From positions 6,510,001-6,574,000 of the forward strand of contig OZ316775.1 in the NCBI GenBank assembly GCA_973851085.1: 64,000 bases of DNA, in the 5' to 3' direction. Made by a program: the position numbers and the translations under genes. Positions 53,285 through 64,000 of this stretch are shown here, one piece after another. Below the pieces are notes generated by a model that was given only the letters and a program-made list of their open reading frames with translations, had not been told where the DNA came from and ran no database searches. Position 1 is the stretch's first letter. Every line of letters begins with the position of its first letter. The DNA comes from Ptychomitrium polyphyllum (lineage: Eukaryota).

Positions 53285-56200
53285 AAAAAATGTCTCATTA
53301 TAGCAAAACCAATTTCATGGCTTAAACATCAATAGGCATGTCGAAATATTTGAAAGCCTTGGCAAATGATACTTCCTCCTTGATGAACGAAATAGAGGCC
53401 TTTTTCTATAATTTAATCCCCCAATGTTCCACACAGTCTCCAATCTTTATGGTATCAAGGCTTGCATTTCAATCAACATCACCAAGGTTGGAAAACATGT
53501 CCTAATATTTATACAACAGTGCATATTAGAGGTACAAATGCCATACAATTAAATTTGATAAATATAAAAAATTGAAATTTTGAATTATTAAAATTAAATG
53601 GGTGGAAAAGGCACAAACTTGACTTCAAAATGCAAATTAAATAAGCCATTGATTCAGCATAGTTTCTTTGGCAAATCCAAGGAAAAATTGAATGAAATCT
53701 TGAGCCACAACTGTGGAATTCTAACATTTTAGCCATTTGCCTTTGAGTTTTGCTCCTATATTAGCAATGGCCATTTTTTTGGAGCTTTTCAACATATTAG
53801 GCTGAGAAATGTTGCTTTAGTGTCTAATAATTTAAAACATCATACATTACAAGTTAATTAAAAAAATATTTAGGAAAAATATAAATTAGATATTAAAAAT
53901 CATAGCAAGATATCACAATTTTTAACTTCATCAAAGAATTCCACTCCATTTTTTAATCCACCAATTGCCAAGAACTTGTCTATTGCCTTTCAAACTCTTT
54001 TGAAATTTTGAAACTCAATCAAACTATTAGCCTTATATTTCCAATAAGCCTCATTTGTAGTTGTAGTAATGTAATTGTACAAAGACATATGCAAGATAAA
54101 ATACTTTATAAGAAACAATCAATGAAAATTTGAAATAATAAATTGATACTCATTCAGTAGAAGATTGAAGAAAGCATATTAATTGTCCAAGTGCAATATG
54201 CCAAGTGCAATGATTATTCTTGCACTTTTTACAACTTTTGAAATCTTCATTTACTATGAGATCCTTGAAATTAGCAAAGAAAAAAATTCCAAAGTATTAG
54301 ATTTAATGCAATTTGTGCATTAGATTTATCTTTATATAATCAAGTTTTATAGACCTACATTTTAATTCTTATGATTTTATGAATGAAAATAGAACAAAAT
54401 GATCAATTGAGATAAAAATAAATAAATTTTCACCAATTTCTATTATTCATGGCATCAATAAAGCAATCAATTACCTTTCAAAGATTGATGCACAATGCAT
54501 ACTATAGGCTTGTTGAATTTACAAACATAATGGTCATCAAAATAGTTCTTCTCCACATATTTCCATCATGTTGTGAATGGATCATTTTCCTTCTAAATAT
54601 ACAATATTTTCTTTGCAAGGCATAAAAGCGCAAAGACATGTTTTTTATAAGAGAAAAATATATTATCATCATCTTGTCAATGAGAATTCTAAATAAAATA
54701 GATATCATAATTTGTATTTTTGAAAAAACCCACATTATTAAATATATAAACATAAAAAAAATGCTATATACATTTCTATAATTGTCCACAAATTTTGCTT
54801 TTCATTTTTTTATATTTTATTTAAGAATGGATCTAATTAAGGACAAATAAACTATCCTATTTAGTGGAACTAGCACTCTAGACTAAAGAAGATGCAAATT
54901 CTTTAATGTCCATGACTTCTTCAAGAAATTCCATTGTGGCCTTTACAGAAGCAGCTTAACTTCCCTATCACTTGATTTCTTACAAAATTGACAATTTTGA
55001 ATCCACAAAATTAATATCAGGTCATGATCCCATTGAAAATATATATATAACATCCATGTTAATAATCTTCAAAAAAATTAGAATTGATTATGTTCTTGGA
55101 AACATACAAGCCAAAATAAACTATCATGACATTAAGACACACAAATTTATGCAATAATTACACAAGAACAAAAAAAAAAATTAAATTAGATGGCAATAGA
55201 ATCCAAAGACAATGAAATGATTCAAAAATGTTTTAAATTTTTGACAAGCCAAAATGAACCAAGTTTAGCACCAAAAGGCTTCATCTAGGTCCAACAATTT
55301 TCAAAGAGAAATGCAATGTGGTCTATAGTCCAAATCACATTAAAAAACTTGAAGTTTGGTGTTAAAAATTATGAGGCATAATTGAAGTGTCTATGTGTCA
55401 AGATGTTTTAATTTGCCCCGCCAATTTTCAAGAGCAATCTTTTTTTTTTTAAATAGTTTTGAATTTTTGGCTACATCAAATTTTCCTTGGATTTTGACTA
55501 AAATTATTATGCAATAGTGCAAAATTTATTGAAAGTTCTTGTGAATTAGATTGGTCAAAGGAATAAGCAATTGTGCTTATTTGCAATTTGAATTCTCTAA
55601 GATAGAATCCCAATATTCTCCTAGTTTAATTTTTCCTTGTACAAACGGATCTTAAATGAAGCACTTTAGAATTTAAAATAAGTTGAATTACAATCAATGA
55701 CTTTCAATACACTTTCCTATGAAACATCACTAATTTTACTTTCATCATTTGAATGCTAATAAAGCTCTTTTTTTCTTGACAAGTAGTCATACAACATTTA
55801 GTCTGTAGATTTTCATTTTTTAATTCTTCATGTTCCATTTTGAAATAACTTAATAATCCATGGCGTCCTCATACTTATAAGAAAAAATCTGATTTCACTT
55901 AAATTTCAGCACATTTGCACTTACTGGTCTCACAAAAATTACTGCACCTACACTATTTTACTGTAACCACAACAGAAAGTTGGTTGCTTTTGGTCAATTC
56001 TACCTTATTGTTGTTTTAAACTCCTTGTGTCACAATGCATCTGAATACAAGGTTAGAGCAGAGTGTGCCTAGTGTAATGTACCTTGAATCAAGGCCCTTA
56101 TATAGTATACCAAAGTTATTTACGTGAATATAGGACTCAAAGAGGTGATCACTGATGACAAAGCCTAGTATGCTTTATCTCTCAATATGCTCAATATACT

Positions 56201-59200
56201 CTACAGCACATGGATTCTATTTCCATTTCCTTCAAATTAAATATTTTCATTCATGTGAGGAATGGGGGCCGCCCATCTGCTATGAAACTAAAGACATGAG
56301 CACTCATAAGCAAGGCGCCTTTTGAGAGTTGCTCATACCTGTCTCATGTAGCTGAATTCTAAATTCTTTGCAGTTGAACTATAGAAAAATTGCAACTTGT
56401 CCTCTATCTTTGGATTTTAATATTGGAGGTTGGTGCTGCAAGAAATATAATATTTATTTTAGTTTGAGCAAACAAAAAATATCATTCTTCATTTTCACAC
56501 GGGTTGAAGATTCTTGGAACTTTAAGCTGGCTCAAATTGTTTTCTGTTCATATTGTTGTTCTTAGTGTATGATTTTATCTGTAAAACTTATAAAATAAAA
56601 AGATAACATATTTTGCTGTATTTATAATATTAGGAGGAGGTAACTGGTCACCCTAGAATCAAGGTGTAGAACTCTCTTATTCTCTGTTTCATCTAGTGTG
56701 GAGCTAAAGGTGGCACTACTAATAGTCTGTGCAGTAAAATTCAAATTATTATCACTTGGAAGATAGAAAACTTTAAAAGATTGATGATCCATGAATACAT
56801 AGCTAGATCTAGACTGCTGCAAGAATTGTCAATTCAGTCAAGATCTCCTGTACGTGTGCAATGATGCATGATGGACATTAAATCTGTAAGTAGTGAAGTC
56901 TAAAGTCGTATTGAATAGTAGTGGGAAGGACTTACACCAACCTTGAAAGAAACTGAAAATTTTCCTTCTGTAGCTCAGGTGAGCATGAGCATAAGCATGC
57001 ATGTGTAATGAATGACATGCGTCACAATTTTGACTAATCAAAAGACACAGGCCAGTGATTCATCCCTGGCTTTTCCCTAGTATTTCTAAAAGTAGTTATG
57101 CTGTTAGCTAATGTAAAGTGAATAATAACATCTCCGGCTGTATTCATCTCAAGTTCATTGGAATATACTAGGTTCACAGATGTCAAGGATTATGATTTTC
57201 AAAGTTTTCAAGTCAAAGTCATTGCAACCTGTGCTTCCACAGAAATTCCTAGAGGACAGCAGAGGGTGCATCCACCTTAGTAGATTGATGGTTTTCCTTT
57301 CTTGAATTCATCAGCACCATATTAAGAAGTTTTTGTAGAAAGGTGCCAGCTTGAGTTCTTTCCATGTAAAATAGTAGGTGAGTAGGTATGATTCCATTGT
57401 GTCTTACTAGTGCCTTGTTTGGTATGTATTTAGAAACTACTAGCTTACTACCCTCATATGTAGTGTGCAGAGATCAAATGAGCTAGTCAGACCTGAACAC
57501 CGAGAAAACAATGTGTCTGTATTTGAGACCACTCATGGAAACTGCAGTTATAGACTGGCAATTCCTCATGAGGTATGTGTTCTGTTGATATTGAGAGTCA
57601 GTCAGGGCATAACAATACAAATCTTGGATCTTTCTACATGGAATTTACCTGTCCCAAATTACATGTTCCTCATGAGATGACTTTGTACTGCATGAAAAAT
57701 TTGGTGGTTCTGTTGCCATCTGGCCCTACCCTTTTAAGCAGCAAAATAAAAATTAATGTAAAGAGCCATCCTGAGTGACTTTAATGATGCTAATAAGCAT
57801 ATCCTAGAGGTGATATATAGCAGTGGAATAAAATCCATTTCTTCTCCCTCCTTGGCGGTTGTCTGTCATGTCATATTCCCAGGTAACTTCACTAAGTTAA
57901 CACTTTTGTTTGAATTGTACTGTAATGTAACAATATTGTGCTCACATAAGTAAAATTGTATACAAAAATTGCAACATCAAAATATTTAAAAGATAAAATA
58001 TAATTTTTATGCCATTTGCATCTCCTTGTACCATCAAACGAGACGGCTAAAAAGATTTCAAATGGCATTGAATGTTTTTAGATAACATGGCAACAAAATG
58101 ATATGAATTGACATGTGTTAAAATAATGTCAAAATGACTTCAAGAAGTCTTATCAACATCAATATAATATCATTTCAATGTTATTTTAATATGTGTCATT
58201 ATTTAATGTGCTTTTAATTTCATTTTAGTGCTAAGATGCCATTAAAATAATTGAAGAATGATACATTTGTTTTGATATCAAATTCCATGTTATTAAACAT
58301 TTTTTATTGTTTAACTTGAATTTGTTGATACCATTTTGGTGCAAGGACACCTTCTACTAATTAATTGGATAGCGATGTAGAAATTAAAATATAAAAATTA
58401 GGATATATTAGAATGATATAGTATTCATGTAGAGCCAAAGCCTATTAAAGGTTTAAGATGTATTTATATCTCTTTTCTTCATTGATAGGGAATTAAAGTT
58501 TACCTCAACACATTGTATCGTGTGTAAGTTGCACTAGATAGTGATAACTTGGTTATATATAGTAAATAGTTGGTAGTTTAAAAATTGGAAATTTTATGCC
58601 TTGGTGGCATTTTGAAGGTTGATCCTTTCTAAATTGTAAGCAAGGAGTTGAGAATTCCAACAAAATTCATTCTTTTTTACTATCATTGTAAAAGTTTTCA
58701 TTTAAATAGATATAAATGGATGGAGAGATATTCCATTGCAATATCTCCACATCTTGACATAGATGCTACTACAAATCTTGTGAATTATTATTATTGGTTT
58801 TGTGAATTCAACATATGTTCATTCTTTTTAACATTTAAAATGCATGCAGGTTCACAGTTTAAAGGCAAAAATCAAATTTGATGTTATTCATTATATGATA
58901 CAATTGCACACAACACAAATATAGTACAAAGGACTGCTTAATCTTGTATACCTGCTTGGCTTCCTCAATACCAAGAGTTCCAATTCCCAACCTCTCCTTA
59001 ATGCAATGGCTAATAGCAGCATAGCCCATAGTCATGGATCTCAACAACCTAAGCATTTGAGTACTCCAGTACAAGGAGAATCTTTGAAGGCCACAGAACA
59101 GCATCTTTTTGCATAAAAGGACCCTTGACTCAAGCCTCCTCAAAAACAACCAAAAGTTCTCCCCACGGTGGCCCCGTGCAATCTTAAAATACTCATGAGT

Positions 59201-60048
59201 ACCAACTCTGCAGGCACTGTAGTGATCTGATCTGCCAAGATGTCAGAACTATGCCCAGTATATGCAAAACTAGAAGTGCCTGATGACAGCAGCAAAACTC
59301 AGACAACAGTCATCCATTGGACCATTGCCTTATGCACCACCTACATGGCCAGAAAAGGTAATCCTTTGGATATTCTGGCATTTCTACAAAATGACTTCCC
59401 CATAGACAAATAAGCTCCCAACTTCCCCAGTTTAAAGAATATTCACTTCAAGCCTCCAGGTTGACAGATTCCTCCAAACTTAATGAGGCAAAGCCTGTTG
59501 CAGGAATTGTAGCATCCACTTTCTGCTTGCAGTAGCATACTAATATACATGGTGCAGCTGAAGGGTTGCATCCTCAACATTGTACATAGTGCCAAATTTT
59601 CAGTAGCAGTGCACATCAATGAAGTTCTTTCATATGACACCACCTGAAGGTACTCAGTGGATGGGAGCCCATCCTATGTGACCAAAATGAGGGTTCATGA
59701 CATGGCATGGTACGTTGCCCCATGAAAGTCCAGAGCAGGCTCCTTCCTGGCTAAACTTGATATATAACAGCCTGTGACGAAATTTGTACTTCCTTGGACT
59801 TGATGCAGCCGAGCGCTGATCAAATAACACTGCCATGTCATAATCATCAACATAAATTGTGAAAAGTGAAGTAATTCCACTTCTATAATAGATATGTTGA
59901 ACTTCTTCCTGGACGAAATTTCATCACCTTGGCTTTGGTGCAGCACATAAAGAGTACAGTTAACAAGCAGAAACTGCGAATCACCCCCACTTATTTTAAT
60001 AAATCAATGAAGATTGCTTTGGAGGTAATCCGATGATTCCGGGATGGA

Positions 60049-62059
60049 TCACAAACTGCAAGTGCTTCCCCAGCTTGTGGTCCCGCCAGACCTTCGCGAG
60101 ATTCGCTTTTCCGACGGTTTCCAGCAGTTGAGCTCATCGAACCCCAACAGGGACCTACTTCGTCGCAGACCAGCTGAAGCTGGCGCTTCAACAGAGGGAA
60201 TCCCAGCAATTGGAACGCTCTGCTCCACTGCATTGAACAAAGCGGCCTGTTCTTGAAACGTGAAAGTGCGCGGCACGTCGGGAGTGGGAATGGAGAGGTC
60301 AGCCCCTCCGCCTGCGAGCTGCTGCATGTAGGACGAGAGTTGAGAGAGCTCTGCCGCACGTTTGAGCATGGCAGCTCGAAACTCAGACTCGGGACTTGCG
60401 GTGTTGGTGCACATGGTGCGCGCAAGAGTCTGCGCCAGAGTGCGTGCCAATCTTTCGTCGCCAATGGCTGCCTCTGTGGACTCAATTGTGGAGGAACTGC
60501 TTTGCTCCATTTGATCAAGGTGGTGGAAGTTGTTGGTCATGGGCTCGGTCAAGTTGGGAAAGGTGGCGCTTTTGAACAGTGCTTTGGATTTGAGCGCCTC
60601 GATTGCCTTCTCTGCCGACGTCATGGACGTTGACTCCAATGAAGCTGCTGTCGTCCGTGGAGTGTACTGCGTTTTGGTCGGCCGGTTTCTTGGAGAATTT
60701 GCCGAGCTAGTTGTATCGGTGGGGTCTTTCGCTTTCGCAGCCTTGATGGCTGAGTAGATATGGGCGTTGAGAGGGAAGTTCAGAAGAGCCTTGCAACCTC
60801 GCATCTCAAAAGCCGCTGCATTTTACAATTCAAGCAAATATAGTTAATTCAAAGATCGATCAGCCTCATTCCTTTTCGATTGAATTTGAAACCATGAAAC
60901 GTAGATTAACGTACTTAGGAAAGAGCACTAAACATTTTCAAGGTTGATCCACACCGAGACCCACACTCTCGTCTTCTTACTAGCTGTACACCACGAGCTT
61001 CAAAATCCCAGTTAATCGAGATTTAATAAAATTCTAGGACAGGGGAGTCTGGGAATTTCGGTTCAGGTTTAATTTACCGTTGTCATATGCAATTGCTGCC
61101 TCCTCGGCAGTATCATATGTCCCCAGCCATTTTCGTGCACCATTCTGCGCGGAATCGCGAATTTCTGAAGCAAATTTTCCCCAGGGTCTCCTCCTCACGC
61201 CTCTGTAGTTGAAAGTCCGAACCCTCTTCTGCTTCGCTTGGGACCCATCAGAGCTGGCATCTTGAATTGGTGGCCCTCCACTCTCTTCAGTATTCCCTGG
61301 GTCCGAATCCCTGAAGCCATCTTCACTCGCCTGAAAATGTGCTCCCAAATTCACATCAAATGACACAGGCAAATGACGCAAATGGCCAGAGTCTAAGTTC
61401 GGCCAACTGTCCATGTTCCACACCGCTTCCACCGTAGCACAATCGCCCTCCCCAACATCCTTGTGCTCCGCAGCAAAAAACTGTGGTGACATCGTCTTCG
61501 ACACAGCATTCTCCGGGACTGAGCCTGGCAGTGGATTATCGATCGGCAAGTTGCAACTAAATGGTTGTTGCGTTTGGCAGCCTGAAAGCACGCGAAGCAT
61601 ACTGGAAACTATCTCTTGGGTACTTGAAACTTCGGACTGATCAAGTGAAGCGCTAGCACTAGCTGCAGATTTGTGATGCAAAGCAGTAGTACTGCTGAGG
61701 TTGGTTGAGTAATGATTCTCCAAACCGCAATCGCCGCAACTCCAGTCGTCACTCTCGTAATTCTCGTCCAGCTCGTCCGCGGAGGACCATACCTGCGCTG
61801 TAGCTGGATCGGCGCGTGCGGGAGAAGACCCTGGGCTTCTAGGGGATGAGTCTACGTCGAGGATGTTCTTGAAGAACGCCTCGGCATTGAAATCGTGGGC
61901 GGCACCCCAAGTGCTGCATTGCGACGATGCCTGCCGGAGTGGGAGCATCAGATCCTCGGATGGGATGCAGTTGTCGACTTCGACATCGTCCTCGAGGAGA
62001 TAGTGCCGGAACTCTTCGATGATGTCGCCGGACGTTTGCTGCTGCATGACTGTAGCCAT
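60049..62059 (-). CDS. AP2/ERF transcription factor, ERF subfamily (group IX/B-3-like); two exons, join(62059-61078, 60815-60049), 582 aa
   Basis: Exon 1 ends [44 protein letters not shown] phase-1 intron 60816-61077 (G|GTAAAT...TGCAG|C) restores [15 protein letters not shown]. The N-terminal [12 protein letters not shown] resembles the group IX 'IRRHLL' motif. TATATAAA lies upstream at ~62203-62210 (minus). Confidence 0.92.
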
Positions 62060-63535
62060 GATGATCGCCGAAGGTACTGAAACGTCGTCGCTCAAGCAGT
62101 AGCAGCGCAGGCTGAGCGCTTCTTCTTCAGTGATCAGATTGGTGATCAGGAAGAAGAACGCGGGGCAGAATCGCTACAAGACTTTCACGACCAGGGGGCT
62201 AAATTTATATATACATCATCATGTGCTCTGTTGCTGACACGAAGTAAGTACAACTGTGGCACTTACTGGCACAGTGTTCTCATAAGGTTGATTTTTAGGC
62301 AAAGTTTCTGCCACCTCTCGTTAATCTCTTTCACACCATTGGTTACCCTTTATTTCCCCCAAAGACTGCCGGCTGAGGCCACGATACCTATTACATGGTA
62401 AACTTTGAAAATTGGTTGTAGACCTCAAGGTCCTTGCCCTCAATAGTGATTGTGTTGAGGTATACAACTACAACCAGGTCTCCATGTGTTTGATTTAGCC
62501 TTTAATATTTCAACTGTATGTAAACACACATGAAGGTTAGATAGAATATATTTTTTGTGCACCCCCCAATATGATAGGACATAATATATAATCAACTTTA
62601 TATCTTTGAAACTTCATGCATAATAAATACATTTGGTATTTCATGGAGTCTCAATATCATTTTGGGTGCATTTATTTTTGAAATATTTATTATATTTTCT
62701 TTTAGAAATAATAAGGAAATAAGAGAGAATAGATTTACATGTATAAAAGGGCATGTTTTCAAAAGTAATTAATTAATTAAATAATTAAATTAAACTAAAA
62801 CTCTACAATGTTGAATACAATCATTGAAAATCAAAAATCAAATAAAATGTTCTATCACAACAACTTAAATGGAATCTATAGGTTATATTTAATTTTTCAA
62901 TAATTTTTTTCTATGAAAATAATATAATCTTTTTCATTACCACTGTAAATCCTTTTTTACATGCTAAAATCTTGATTCTATATATTTTTTTAATTGAAAT
63001 TTTTTATTTTGTAATGCTTTATATGGAAGGTATTTCTTGTATACATAAAATAATATTATACAAAAAACATTGAAGTAATCAAAATAGTCCGATTACTTAA
63101 TATTGACAACCAAATAATAATATTGTTGTATTAAGTAGTTAAGAAGCATTTTTTTCTTTCAATGAATGAATTGTAACATTACAAAAATCATAATGTTAGA
63201 CATTAGTTTTTAAAAAATCATTAAAAAAAAATTAACAAAGATTTCGTTTGTTCTTTCAAATGATGTAAAGGAAAGTTATATGTTTTTAAAACTTCAATAA
63301 TTTCAAAGTTCAAATAAATACGATTTTGATAAAATTTGGAGCTTTGTTGGAATTGATTATTCTATTACATTAGCTAGAAGATTTATGTTGATCAACCACA
63401 TTAAATTCTTTTAGCCATTAATGTGGTAAATTTTTCAAATCTTTAAGTTAAAAATTTGTAATAGCTCTTGACATACAAATGTTAATTACATTCCAATCAT
63501 AAAATAAAATAGTATTTTTGGCAATACATAAATTC

Positions 63536-63621
63536 GCATCAATTCTTATATATCTTCAAATTACTTAATAACTTATCTGCATCAATTCTTATATATCTTC
63601 AAATTACTTAATAACTTATCT
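63536..63621. repeat. Perfect 43-bp tandem duplication
   Basis: 63536-63578 = 63579-63621 (gcatcaattcttatatatcttcaaattacttaataacttatct). Confidence 0.9.
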
Positions 63622-64000
63622 TACTTGTGATACTTAAAACATATACAGTTTCTTATTCTAATGGGATTATATGAATATCAAATTTTAATTTTAGTTATTT
63701 AACGTTCACACCAAATGGAGAAAATAATGTGTAGCCATATAAGAGCCTTCAACATTTTGACAACATTCTAAAATCAGATCAAAACAATTATGGAAACCAG
63801 CCCTTTACTCCCAAATGTACTCCCAGATGTACTAATTGAAGTGTGTATGTATTGAAGTAATCATTTCAAATTTACAACTTGTTGTGCTACTAGTGCCAAC
63901 TTCTACCTCCCCTGATATCTCCATAAGAAGGATGTCCTTTTATAATATATGCATTAAGTTTTCAATAATTGAAAGTAAATATATGTACTGTACATACCAT

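Noticed and set aside
53290..59990. Possible decayed transposase or gene exons
   Set aside because: Only short ORFs with no recognisable motif.

Overview
Eukaryotic (plant) genomic DNA, most likely a moss such as Physcomitrium patens; this is inferred from the Tcn1-like chromoviruses and gene style and was not verified by search. Three GC-rich gene islands each hold an AP2/ERF transcription factor: two divergently oriented DREB-type paralogs (5900-6760 minus; 31094-31855 plus) and a two-exon group IX-like ERF (60049-62059 minus, with an intron inside the AP2 domain). Between them lies AT-rich, nested, decayed LTR-retrotransposon sequence: several chromoviruses, a non-chromo Gypsy, a Copia remnant and at least five solo LTRs. 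The most unusual structure is at 42388-51045. One AAGTA target-site duplication encloses a minus-strand chromovirus whose middle ~3.8 kb is replaced by a full plus-strand copy of the same element, producing a ~2.35-kb near-perfect inverted repeat. This chromovirus family also shows a tRNA-independent, Tf1-style self-priming PBS, heat-shock-element-rich LTRs of variable repeat number, and an extra ~200-codon ORF downstream of pol. All alignments were done by eye.
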